Shown piece by piece: positions 49,518 through 60,876 of a stretch of DNA of 64,000 bases (positions are counted from its first letter, which is position 1; every line of letters starts with the position of its first letter). Position numbers and translations under genes: made by a program. A model generated the notes under the pieces. The model ran no database searches and had not been told where the DNA came from. It saw only the letters and a program-made list of their open reading frames with translations. Source of the stretch: Gammaproteobacteria bacterium (GTDB taxonomy: Bacteria; Pseudomonadota; Gammaproteobacteria; GRL18); NCBI GenBank assembly GCA_026994225.1, contig JALWRI010000121.1:30630-94629 (forward strand), written 5' to 3'.

Positions 49518-51329
49518 ATGTCATTAGCACCTTGTTTTTCTCAACTTTTAACACACTATAGCAATGATCCCGTACTTACTGATATAGCATTAGAGCTTAA
49601 TGCCTGTAAGAGCTATTCAGAGGCATTAATGCGTTGCTATGATACGGCCATTCCAATATTGGAAACATATTTAGCAAAAGCACAGTTTGCACCGCAATTA
49701 TTAGCAGATTATCAGCGGATGTTTCAAGAACGAGAGCAAATACTAGATAAACTGGCAGTGCAAAGCGGTAAAGATAAATATCGCCATGATATAGTGGTTG
49801 CTATACCTGTTGCAGATAGACCAGCACATTTGCAATCTTGTTTAGACAGTTTGTTGACACTCATAGCGGTCTTTTTAGGAGAAAAAAATCGTCGTGTTTC
49901 AGTGCTTATCATTGATGATAGTAAAGATGATGAGGCAATAAAAGTGCATCAACAGTTGGCAAGTACCTTTACAAAAAAAGGATTGATCGTCAACTATTTT
50001 GGTGCTATAGCGCAACAAGAAGAAATCAAACAGTTAACCACTTTGTCAAAGGCAGTAAAGGCAAGAATTATAGGTGATATACCAACAACACAGTTTTATC
50101 ATAAAGGGGCATCTCTTTCTCGCAATATCAGTTATTTATATTTACGTCGTATACAACATACAAAACATAATCCCTTGTTTTTCTTTATAGATAGTGATCA
50201 AGAGTTTCGAGTACCGGTTATGACCTCGACAGGAGAAAAATATTGCTACGGTATTAATTATTTTTATTATTTAGACCGGCTTTTTACAGAACGGGATATT
50301 ATTTTTTGTACTGGGAAAGTAGTGGGTGATCCACCTGTATCGCCCGCAGTGATGGCAGGTAATTTACTCGATGATGTGTATTTCTTTTTACAACAAATAC
50401 AACATACTGATAGTCAGGCAGCATGTCAATTTCATACCCATCATCATCTCCATAATGATGCGGCATATCATGATATGGCAGATTTATTTGGGTTTAAAAA
50501 AACAAGCCCTACATACCCTTATGCTTGTCCTATTGATGGTTCACATACCCATACGGATTGTTTACAAACCTTTGTAGATAATCTTATGCATTTTTTTGAT
50601 GGGGAGCATCCTACTCGTAAAAGTGTTTATCAATACGTTGATATATTAGAAAATTACCAAACGGCTCGTACCGTATATACGGGCAATTATGTATTTACCC
50701 CCCGAGGACTAGAGTATTTTATTCCTTTTGCAACATTAAAATTGCGGATGGCAGGGCCTGTATTAGGGCGTATTATCAAAGCACTATGTGGACAACGATT
50801 TATTTCAGCTAATTTGCCGTTGTTGCATAAACGTACACTTACACACTTAGGTCGAGCGGAATTTCGTGTAGGTATAGATAAATGCCAACATCATATTGAT
50901 ATGTCAGGAGAGTTTGAACGACAATTTTGGGGCGATGTGATGTTATTTAGTGTTGAGCAATTATTACAAGATGGATATATAAAAAACAATATATCTTTAG
51001 AAGAAATAGCCCAAACAGTACAGACAACACAGCAACGCTTATATAAAAAATATATTGCTAAACAACAGGAAATTAAGGATAAACACCAACAAATACAAAA
51101 ATTTTTTGAGCAACATAGTTATTGGTGGCAGCAACAAAAATTATTACCTATAAGGACGCAATTTGACCATTTTCTTGCCAATATAGAATACAATTTTAAT
51201 GAACAAGCACCTGTTTATCAATTATTATGTTCCCAGGAATATGTTGCGATACAGCAAGAAAAGATAGTACAAGCCCTGTTTGCTTATCCTGGTGATCATC
51301 ACGCATGGACAAAGTTTATATCGGCATAG
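49518..51329 (+). CDS. Hypothetical protein with a GT-A (family-2-like) glycosyltransferase core
   Basis: 'IVVAIPVADRPAHLQSCLDSLL', 'VLIIDDSKDD' and 'FIDSDQEF' (a DxD-like motif). The rest is unrecognised. Confidence 0.45.
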   Translation: MSLAPCFSQLLTHYSNDPVLTDIALELNACKSYSEALMRCYDTAIPILETYLAKAQFAPQLLADYQRMFQEREQILDKLAVQSGKDKYRHDIVVAIPVADRPAHLQSCLDSLLTLIAVFLGEKNRRVSVLIIDDSKDDEAIKVHQQLASTFTKKGLIVNYFGAIAQQEEIKQLTTLSKAVKARIIGDIPTTQFYHKGASLSRNISYLYLRRIQHTKHNPLFFFIDSDQEFRVPVMTSTGEKYCYGINYFYYLDRLFTERDIIFCTGKVVGDPPVSPAVMAGNLLDDVYFFLQQIQHTDSQAACQFHTHHHLHNDAAYHDMADLFGFKKTSPTYPYACPIDGSHTHTDCLQTFVDNLMHFFDGEHPTRKSVYQYVDILENYQTARTVYTGNYVFTPRGLEYFIPFATLKLRMAGPVLGRIIKALCGQRFISANLPLLHKRTLTHLGRAEFRVGIDKCQHHIDMSGEFERQFWGDVMLFSVEQLLQDGYIKNNISLEEIAQTVQTTQQRLYKKYIAKQQEIKDKHQQIQKFFEQHSYWWQQQKLLPIRTQFDHFLANIEYNFNEQAPVYQLLCSQEYVAIQQEKIVQALFAYPGDHHAWTKFISA

Positions 51330-51945
51330 TTGCTGCGGTTGCTTTATCCATTTCCAGGATGCTACATCCTCGTTGTGTAGTAATATATTGGTGTTGTAAA
51401 GTAGGGTAAGCCTTTTGCCACAAATGAATAATATCTTGTTCATCGGGTCTTGCTGCATCATCTAAAAACACACGGCAATATTGAGTAAAATATTCAAAAA
51501 AGAGGGGAATAGCCGGAAAGCGGGAATATTTTTGTAGATACCCTGGAGGGCCATCAATGACCAACATATCAATACTAAGTGAGGGTAATGCTGTTATCTC
51601 ATACCACTGGTAAGTGATGTCTTGTAAACTATAAGGGATAAGGGGAGCATCGAGTATCTCAACATATTCTTGCAGTTGGTATGAAGTAATAAATTGACGG
51701 GTTCTTTCTGCATATTGTGAGCCATTTTCTAAACTCCATACTTTTCCTTGTTGATTGATTTGGCAACAACGTGCCAACATTAAGGTGGTTAACCCTGAAC
51801 TACATTCTACAATGGTTTGTGGTTTACGCTGCAAACAATCATCAACAATTAAGGTGATAAAATCTGCTGCTGCTGACCAATGTTCTGTATAAGGAATGTC
51901 TTGTGTTAAATGTAAACGTTGACAGAGTGTATGGTAACTATGCAA
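51316..51945 (-). CDS. Class I SAM-dependent methyltransferase-like protein
   Basis: 'IVECSSGLTTLMLA' (motif I-like) and 'MLVIDGPPG'. The 3' end overlaps the convergent gene by 14 nt. Confidence 0.5.
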   Translation of the reverse strand: MHSYHTLCQRLHLTQDIPYTEHWSAAADFITLIVDDCLQRKPQTIVECSSGLTTLMLARCCQINQQGKVWSLENGSQYAERTRQFITSYQLQEYVEILDAPLIPYSLQDITYQWYEITALPSLSIDMLVIDGPPGYLQKYSRFPAIPLFFEYFTQYCRVFLDDAARPDEQDIIHLWQKAYPTLQHQYITTQRGCSILEMDKATAATMPI

Positions 51946-52059
51946 AAGAGAATATCCTGTTCACTGATAGACTAATAGAGCGTTTTATCCTGGTAGAGAA
52001 AATACGGTTTATTAGTCATATTTTAGGGGTAAAAATAGCTTATTGTATAATGTGAGTTA

Positions 52060-53700
<1,641 letters not shown>

Positions 53701-53750
53701 TCACTTGGACAGATAATTCTTTGTTGCTAAATTAAGTATGGATAGTCTCT

Positions 53751-54104
53751 TTAACGGCTGCGTATTCTATCTAATGTTACCCATTCATCCCAACTGCTAT
53801 CATAACCTGTGTAATGAATACGTACCCGACTACCAGATGTTTCCAATGTTTTAGCAGGATACCATTTTCCTTTCCATAATACTTCTATTCGCATTCTTTT
53901 GGGGCTTACCCATTCATCCCAACTACTATCATAGCCATCATAATGGATTCTAAAATTAGCATCTTGTTGCTGGATAATATGTGCTGGGTAATACTTTCCT
54001 TTCCAACTCACCTGGACAGGGTCATTGATACCTAAAGCCATAACAGAATGTGCTATCAATGATAGTGATAACCCTAATAGAATATAAATTATTTTCCGCT
54101 GCAT
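53751..54104 (-). CDS. Secreted protein made of two tandem Tudor/Agenet/SH3-like small beta-barrel repeats
   Basis: ORF 53751..54164. The likely start is 'MQRKIIYILLGLSLSLIAHSVMA' (ATG at 54104). Repeats: 'WKGKYYPAHI..FRIHYDGYDSSWDEWV' and 'WKGKWYPAKT..VRIHYTGYDSSWDEWV'. Confidence 0.6.
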   Translation of the reverse strand: MQRKIIYILLGLSLSLIAHSVMALGINDPVQVSWKGKYYPAHIIQQQDANFRIHYDGYDSSWDEWVSPKRMRIEVLWKGKWYPAKTLETSGSRVRIHYTGYDSSWDEWVTLDRIRSR

Positions 54105-54234
54105 AAAATGTACCTTTCTTGTTTTAGTAGAGTAATAAAGAGCATCTTCACAACTGATCGTCATAACAAGTGCTCTTATCTAGTGTACAATAAAATAATC
54201 ATAATACCTATTGAATTTTAACGTGGACATAGAT

Positions 54235-57200
54235 ATGACAAACCAAACATCCGTAATTTTATCTTTATTGCAACAGCGTATTCTTATCCTGGATGGGGCA
54301 ATGGGTACAATGATACAGCGTTATAAATTCTCGGAACAAGATTATCGTGGGGAACGCTTTGCAAATTGGTCATCTGATGTAAAAGGGAATAATGATTTAT
54401 TGTCATTAACACAACCGGATATTATTCGAAAAATTCACCAACAATATTTGCAAGCCGGTGCAGATATTATAGAAACTAATACGTTCAATGCTAACCGTAT
54501 TTCTATGGCAGATTATCAGATGGAGGAGTTATCTTATGAACTTAATAAGGTAAGTGCTGAACTTGCCCGAGCAGAAGCGGATAAAGCGCAACAATATGAT
54601 AATCATCCCCGTTTTGTTGCAGGCGTGCTAGGCCCTACCAATCGTACATTGAGTATTTCTCCTGATGTGAATGATCCAGGATTTCGTAATATTGATTTTG
54701 CCACCCTATGCAGTGCTTATTATGAAGCAACAGAAGGTTTACTCGATGGGGGTTGTGATATATTAATGGTGGAAACCATTTTTGATACACTGAATGCGAA
54801 AACAGCTTTATTTGCTATAGAGCAAGTTTTTACAGATAGAAATATCCCTGTAGAACAACGCCCCCCTATTATGATTTCCGGTACTATTACTGATAAATCA
54901 GGACGCACTTTATCTGGGCAAACGGTTGAAGCATTTTACAATAGTATTCGCCATGCAAAACCGTTATCTATCGGTTTTAACTGTGCTTTAGGTGCTAAAG
55001 AATTACGTCCTCATCTAATGGAGCTGGCACATATTTGTGATACCTTTGTTTCAGTCCATCCAAATGCGGGTTTACCTAATGAATTTGGAGAATATGATCA
55101 AACTGCAAAAGAGATGGCAGAGATTATTACTGAATTTAGCAACAGTTCTTTATGTAATATTATCGGTGGTTGTTGTGGTACTACGCCTGTACATATTAAA
55201 GCTATTGCAAACGCAGTGAAAGATATGCCTCCTCGTACTCTTCCGAAAATAAATATTGCTTGCCGTTTGGCCGGATTAGAGGCCTGTAATATTGATAAAA
55301 ATAGTTTATTTATTAATGTGGGTGAACGTACTAATGTTACCGGATCGGCTAGATTTAAACGCCTTATTAAGGAAGAACAATATGAAACGGCCTTGAGTGT
55401 GGCAGAAGAACAAGTTGAAAATGGCGCACAAATTATTGATATTAATATGGATGAAGGGCTTTTAGATTCTAAAGCAGTAATGGTTAAATTTTTACAACTT
55501 ATTGCTAGTGAACCAAATATTTCTAAAGTACCTATCATGCTCGATTCTTCTAAATGGGATATTTTAGAAGCGGGATTACGCTGTGTACAGGGTAAGGGTA
55601 TTGTCAATTCCATATCGCTAAAAGAAGGGGAAGAAAAATTTATTCAACAAGCACATTTAGTGCGGCGTTATGGGGCAGCCGTTATTGTGATGGCTTTTGA
55701 TGAGCAAGGTCAAGCGGATACTTTTGAACGTAAGATTGCTATTTGTCAGCGTTCCTATCAAATTTTAACTGATCAAATCCTTTTTCCGCCTGAAGATATT
55801 ATCTTTGATCCCAATATTTTTGCCGTTGCAACAGGGATTGATGAACATAATAATTATGCAGTCGATTTTATTAAAGCCACTGAGTATATTAAACAACATC
55901 TTCCTTATGCTAAAGTATCTGGAGGCGTATCGAATGTCTCCTTTTCTTTTCGTGGTAATAATACCTTACGAGAAGCTATCCATTCGGTATTTCTTTATCA
56001 TGCGATCAGTGCTGGTATGGATATGGGTATTGTTAACGCTGGGCAGCTTGCCATTTACGAAGATTTACCTACAGAATTAAAACAACGGGTTGAAGATGTT
56101 ATCTTAAATCGGCGTAATGATGCCACTGAACGACTACTTGATATTGCCGATCAATATCGGGCAGATGCTAATACAGAAAATAATGCAAATCAACAGGCAT
56201 GGAGAGAGGAAACCGTTTCCAGGCGTCTGGAGTATGCGTTAGTAAAAGGTATTACTGATTTTATTGAAGCAGACACAGAAGAAGCCCGACAACAGGCAAA
56301 AGCACCGATTGATGTGATTGAAGGGGCATTAATGGATGGCATGAACGTAGTCGGTGATCTTTTTGGTAGTGGTAAAATGTTTTTACCTCAAGTTGTAAAA
56401 TCAGCACGGGTAATGAAAAAAGCGGTAGCCTATTTAATGCCTTATATTGAAGCTGAACAGGATGAAGGAAGTTTGCAAAGCAATGGTAAAATTTTACTTG
56501 CAACGGTAAAAGGAGATGTCCATGATATAGGTAAAAATATTGTTGCGGTAGTATTACAATGTAACAATTTTGAGATTGTAGATTTAGGGGTGATGGTGCC
56601 ATCTGATACAATTTTACAAACAGCAATAGAGGAAAAATGTGATATTATCGGTCTTTCCGGCTTAATTACCCCTTCATTAGATGAAATGGTACATATTGCC
56701 AATGAAATGCAATGCCAGAAATATCAAATTCCATTGTTAATTGGTGGGGCAACGACGTCTAAAATTCATACTGCGGTAAAAATTGCACCAAACTATCAAC
56801 ATCCTGTGATATATGTTCCCGATGCTTCTCGTGCAGTCGGTGTAGCACAAAGTTTGTTATCGCATACGTTATATGATAACTATACACAAGAGATTGCAAC
56901 AGAGTATGCGGCTATTCGAGAAAAACGTGCTAATAAAAAACAGGTGAAGAAGCCGCCTTTAGCAGATATTCGTGCTAATAAAACACCTATAGATTGGGCA
57001 AACTATACCCCCCCAAAACCATCGTTTTTAGGTACTAAAGTTTTGCTCGATTATCCACTTGAAACACTCCGAGAAACCATCGACTGGACACCGTTTTTTC
57101 AATCTTGGGAACTTGCTGGACGTTATCCTCGTATTTTAGATGATCAGATCGTGGGGGAAGAAGCTAGAAAATTATTTGCCGATGCGAATGAGATGTTGGA

Positions 57201-57921
57201 TATCTTAATTGCTGAACAGTGGCTGACGGCTTCTGCTGTCATTGGTTTTTTTCCTGCTAATCAGGTACATGATGATGATATTGAAATTTATACCGATACG
57301 GAACGAAAAACGGTACTGGTTACCTTACATCATATTCGTCAACAAATGCGTAAACCCAAAGGGAAGTTTAATGCCTGTTTAAGTGATTTTATCGCTCCTA
57401 AGGGCGTACAGGAAGATTATATTGGTGCTTTTGCAGTGAATGTCGGTACGGGTATTGAGGCACATATTCAACACTTTGAGGCAGAGCATGATGATTACAA
57501 CAGTATTTTATTAAAAGCACTTGCTGATCGTCTTGCAGAAGCCTTTGCTGAACATTTGCATCAACGAGTACGAAAGGAGTATTGGGGGTATGCTATGGAG
57601 GAAGAGCTAGATAATGATGCGTTAATTAAAGAACAATATCAGGGAATACGTCCTGCTCCTGGCTATCCTGCTTGTCCTGATCACAGTGAAAAACAAACCT
57701 TGTGGCAATTATTAGATCCAGCTAAACATATTGCATTAACATTAACAGATAGTTTTGCTATGTATCCAGCCTCTGCCGTATCGGGTTGGTATTTTTCTCA
57801 TCCTCAAAGTCATTATTTTGGTACAGGAAAAATACAGCCTGATCAAGTAGAAGATTATGCTAAAAGAAAACAGCAAGATATCACATTAATACAACATTAT
57901 CTTGCTCCGGTGATAGACTGA
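54235..57921 (+). CDS. metH: Cobalamin-dependent methionine synthase
   Basis: About 1228 aa from the ATG at 54235 (the ORF track opens at TTG 54211). 'ILDGAMGT', the B12-binding '[11 protein letters not shown]' and a C-terminal reactivation domain. Confidence 0.95.
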   Translation: MTNQTSVILSLLQQRILILDGAMGTMIQRYKFSEQDYRGERFANWSSDVKGNNDLLSLTQPDIIRKIHQQYLQAGADIIETNTFNANRISMADYQMEELSYELNKVSAELARAEADKAQQYDNHPRFVAGVLGPTNRTLSISPDVNDPGFRNIDFATLCSAYYEATEGLLDGGCDILMVETIFDTLNAKTALFAIEQVFTDRNIPVEQRPPIMISGTITDKSGRTLSGQTVEAFYNSIRHAKPLSIGFNCALGAKELRPHLMELAHICDTFVSVHPNAGLPNEFGEYDQTAKEMAEIITEFSNSSLCNIIGGCCGTTPVHIKAIANAVKDMPPRTLPKINIACRLAGLEACNIDKNSLFINVGERTNVTGSARFKRLIKEEQYETALSVAEEQVENGAQIIDINMDEGLLDSKAVMVKFLQLIASEPNISKVPIMLDSSKWDILEAGLRCVQGKGIVNSISLKEGEEKFIQQAHLVRRYGAAVIVMAFDEQGQADTFERKIAICQRSYQILTDQILFPPEDIIFDPNIFAVATGIDEHNNYAVDFIKATEYIKQHLPYAKVSGGVSNVSFSFRGNNTLREAIHSVFLYHAISAGMDMGIVNAGQLAIYEDLPTELKQRVEDVILNRRNDATERLLDIADQYRADANTENNANQQAWREETVSRRLEYALVKGITDFIEADTEEARQQAKAPIDVIEGALMDGMNVVGDLFGSGKMFLPQVVKSARVMKKAVAYLMPYIEAEQDEGSLQSNGKILLATVKGDVHDIGKNIVAVVLQCNNFEIVDLGVMVPSDTILQTAIEEKCDIIGLSGLITPSLDEMVHIANEMQCQKYQIPLLIGGATTSKIHTAVKIAPNYQHPVIYVPDASRAVGVAQSLLSHTLYDNYTQEIATEYAAIREKRANKKQVKKPPLADIRANKTPIDWANYTPPKPSFLGTKVLLDYPLETLRETIDWTPFFQSWELAGRYPRILDDQIVGEEARKLFADANEMLDILIAEQWLTASAVIGFFPANQVHDDDIEIYTDTERKTVLVTLHHIRQQMRKPKGKFNACLSDFIAPKGVQEDYIGAFAVNVGTGIEAHIQHFEAEHDDYNSILLKALADRLAEAFAEHLHQRVRKEYWGYAMEEELDNDALIKEQYQGIRPAPGYPACPDHSEKQTLWQLLDPAKHIALTLTDSFAMYPASAVSGWYFSHPQSHYFGTGKIQPDQVEDYAKRKQQDITLIQHYLAPVID

Positions 57922-57922
57922 T

Positions 57923-59725
57923 TTAATGACCAGCGTATAAACGCTCAATGTCATCATAATACTTTTCAATAATTTGATGACGGCGCAGTTTTAATGTAGG
58001 GGTGAGTAAACCGTTTTCTACTGTCCAGGGTTCAAGCAGTAAATCTACTTTATAGATTTTGGCATAACCTGGAAATTGTTTTAAACATTGATTAATTTTT
58101 TCCAGGGTGAAGCGCAAGAGGGTAGGGTGGGTTAAAATCTCTGCTTGCTGGATATTTTTAAGATGCACTTGTTTCATTATTTCTGGCCAACGATGCGGAT
58201 TAAGTACGACTAATGCGCTAAGAAAAGGTCGTCCTTCCCCATAGACTAATACTTGATCAAAATCTTGATCATGGCTAATAGCGATTTCCATTTCAGTCGG
58301 GGGAATTTTCTCACCATTACTTAATACGATAATATCTTTTACTCGTCCTATAATATAGAGGTGTTTATTCACTATTTTGGCTTTATCTCCGGTATGAAAC
58401 CAGCCATTTTCATCAATGACTTTTTTAGTTGCTTGATGATTATTCCAATAGCCTTGCATTACCCCTGGACTTTTAACCAATAGTTCCTGTTCGGGACTAA
58501 AAGCCACTTTAACACCAGGAAGTAATTGCCCTACACTTTCTGGATCATTGTGTTCGAGGGTGTTGGTAGATAATATAGGACTGGTTTCAGTCAAACCATA
58601 TCCTTGAATAATCGGTACATTCAGTGAAATAAAAAAACGAGATATTTCTTTTGCAAGAGGCGCGCCGCCACTGACTGCAATTTGTAGTTTGCCACCTAAT
58701 TTATTTACTATTTTTCGTGCTACGATATAGTCTAAAAGTGGCCAGAGTAAAAAATGGATAGACCAGGATGCCTGATGTTGTTGATATAAAAATCGTTGCC
58801 AACCTATTTGTAAGGTATAAGTAAAGAGTTTTTGTACTATTTTGGGTTTCTGGTGTAGTTGTTCGGTAATTTTATGGTAAATGCGTTCAAATATACGTGG
58901 TACACAGACTAAAGTTGTGGGTTTAAAAGTGCGTATATCTTCAGCTAAATCATTAATAGAGCGGGCGTAGGCTACTTTTGCACCAACTAGCATAGGAATA
59001 TAATAACCCACTGTACGTTCAAACATATGTGATAAAGGTAAAAAAGATAAAAAACGATAATGTTGTTGACAAGGTACATTATAGAGTGCATCGGCAGCAT
59101 TACTAAGTATATTCCAATGGCTTAACATCACCCCTTTTGCTCGTCCTGTGGTACCAGATGTGTACACAACGGTAGCTAAGTGATGCGGATCAGTGACCAC
59201 ATTTTGTAACGGGGTGGCATGGGTATTAGAGACTATCATATTATGGGCAGCATGGAGTTTATGCCAACGATGAGGCAGTATATCCAAACTGATAGCAGCA
59301 TCTAGTTGTGGTAATTGATCGGTAATTTTATTAATTTCAAGCCATTGTGTTTGATCTTGGAAAATAAGTAATTTAACTTGGGCATCATTGAGTATATAAG
59401 CAATATTTTCGGCTCTATCATTGGTATAAATTGGTACAATATATGCGCCTAATCCGAGTGCTGCCTGTTCACAAATGATCCATTCCTGGCTATTGGGTAG
59501 CATTAATGCTACCCCATCTCCGGTATTAATACCTAAACGCTGCATATAGCATTGCCAATATACCACCTTGTCAGCAATAGTTTTCCAACTATTACCCAAC
59601 CATTTTTGTGTTAGGTTATCATAATGGTAGTAGGCTATACGTTCTGGATCACGTTGTACACGTTGTGCGAATAAACCAGAAAGTGTTTTTGCTTGCTGCG
59701 GATCTATAAAGTGTGGATTAGGCAT
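57923..59725 (-). CDS. AMP-dependent long-chain acyl-CoA synthetase/ligase
   Basis: 'YTSGTTGRAKGVMLSH', 'GYGLTETS' and 'GWFHTGD'. Its stop lies 1 nt from the metH stop (convergent). Confidence 0.85.
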   Translation of the reverse strand: MPNPHFIDPQQAKTLSGLFAQRVQRDPERIAYYHYDNLTQKWLGNSWKTIADKVVYWQCYMQRLGINTGDGVALMLPNSQEWIICEQAALGLGAYIVPIYTNDRAENIAYILNDAQVKLLIFQDQTQWLEINKITDQLPQLDAAISLDILPHRWHKLHAAHNMIVSNTHATPLQNVVTDPHHLATVVYTSGTTGRAKGVMLSHWNILSNAADALYNVPCQQHYRFLSFLPLSHMFERTVGYYIPMLVGAKVAYARSINDLAEDIRTFKPTTLVCVPRIFERIYHKITEQLHQKPKIVQKLFTYTLQIGWQRFLYQQHQASWSIHFLLWPLLDYIVARKIVNKLGGKLQIAVSGGAPLAKEISRFFISLNVPIIQGYGLTETSPILSTNTLEHNDPESVGQLLPGVKVAFSPEQELLVKSPGVMQGYWNNHQATKKVIDENGWFHTGDKAKIVNKHLYIIGRVKDIIVLSNGEKIPPTEMEIAISHDQDFDQVLVYGEGRPFLSALVVLNPHRWPEIMKQVHLKNIQQAEILTHPTLLRFTLEKINQCLKQFPGYAKIYKVDLLLEPWTVENGLLTPTLKLRRHQIIEKYYDDIERLYAGH

Positions 59726-59778
59726 AACACGCTCCCTTTAAAATACTTTTAAATAGCTTATTAGCGGTATGGATAGGA

Positions 59779-60660
59779 TTATTCATGGTTGACACCGATA
59801 CGAGATAAAAATGCAAAGGTTTGTTTTTTTGGCATATAACCGGGTAGATAACAATCGCCAGTGGTATTGCATAATTTACCTTCTTTATTCCAGGGTAAAT
59901 GACGATATAGCATCACATCATCAGTACTAAAAAGCGGGTATTTGATAATCGTAAAGTAGGGGGAATAATCAAAATCTTTAGGGGTAAGTAAACGAGGATT
60001 ACGTTGGTATAAGGAAGGATTACCTTGGTCATCATATTGTACAATGGGCAGTACGGGATAGTGTACAGAATGAAACGCTTCGGATAACATCGTAGAACAG
60101 ACAGTACGGGTTGGTTTTCCGGCATGATGTTGAAATAAAGTAGAACGCCAGCGGCGGGGTAAAAAACTCCAGGGACAAAAAAAACGGGCTAAATCAATTA
60201 ATTGCCGTACATCATAGTCTTCTCCTAAACGATTGATAGCATATTGAATAACACGTTGTGTATCTTTAACAGATAATCCCATAGGACGGCAAATACGAAT
60301 ATGATCACTGGCGTACTTTTGTAAGGGATAAACGACAGTACCTTCACCGAGTAGTGCCTCAATAATTAATGCTTGATGGGGATTACCGGTATAATTTTGA
60401 TAAATTTTTTTACGTAAGAAGGGGCTTTTTATATCATTAATTTTACCAATATATAATGCAGAATGTGTCCAGGGACTTTGAGTAATAACTTTTATCACAT
60501 CAGAAACGTGACTACGACCTTCAACTAAAATGACATCTCCAGGACGAATTTGCTCTGCTAAACGGGGATAATCGTACAAGGGTTGATCATCAGCAGTGTA
60601 TTCAGAAACCAGAAAATGGATAATTTTCTGCCATAGCCAGGAAGCAAAATTGAGATGCAT
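59779..60660 (-). CDS. Permuted papain-like (YiiX/C92, DUF830-type) putative hydrolase
   Basis: 'GDVILVEGRSHVSDVIKVITQSPWTHSALYIG' with the downstream Cys region 'TVCSTMLSEAF'. Confidence 0.5.
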   Translation of the reverse strand: MHLNFASWLWQKIIHFLVSEYTADDQPLYDYPRLAEQIRPGDVILVEGRSHVSDVIKVITQSPWTHSALYIGKINDIKSPFLRKKIYQNYTGNPHQALIIEALLGEGTVVYPLQKYASDHIRICRPMGLSVKDTQRVIQYAINRLGEDYDVRQLIDLARFFCPWSFLPRRWRSTLFQHHAGKPTRTVCSTMLSEAFHSVHYPVLPIVQYDDQGNPSLYQRNPRLLTPKDFDYSPYFTIIKYPLFSTDDVMLYRHLPWNKEGKLCNTTGDCYLPGYMPKKQTFAFLSRIGVNHE

Positions 60661-60791
60661 GGATGTGTCCCCCTACAATAGAGTCATTAGCGTATCATAG
60701 TCAGTGTTTTCCTTGGTTGTTGAGTGATAATTATTATATTTACAACTTTTCCTTGGTATATTACTAATATAGTAAAGAATACGGAGATTGC

Positions 60792-60824
60792 AAGGTGAAT
60801 GGTACAGACTATCCCATTCACCTT
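60792..60824 (-). terminator. Stem-loop AAGGTGAATGG-N11-CCATTCACCTT downstream of the RND pump gene
   Basis: 11-bp perfect stem about 55 nt after the stop at 60877. No strong T-tract follows. Confidence 0.4.
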
Positions 60825-60876
60825 AGGTTAATATTGATGCTGCTGGTTGTGGTATTTACGCATCACCGTGTCATAA

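Noticed and set aside
54165-54234. A cobalamin riboswitch upstream of metH, and a TPP riboswitch upstream of the thiO-like gene (38920-38992)
   Set aside because: The leaders are only about 70 nt long and lack the B12-box and 'CTGAGA' core motifs.
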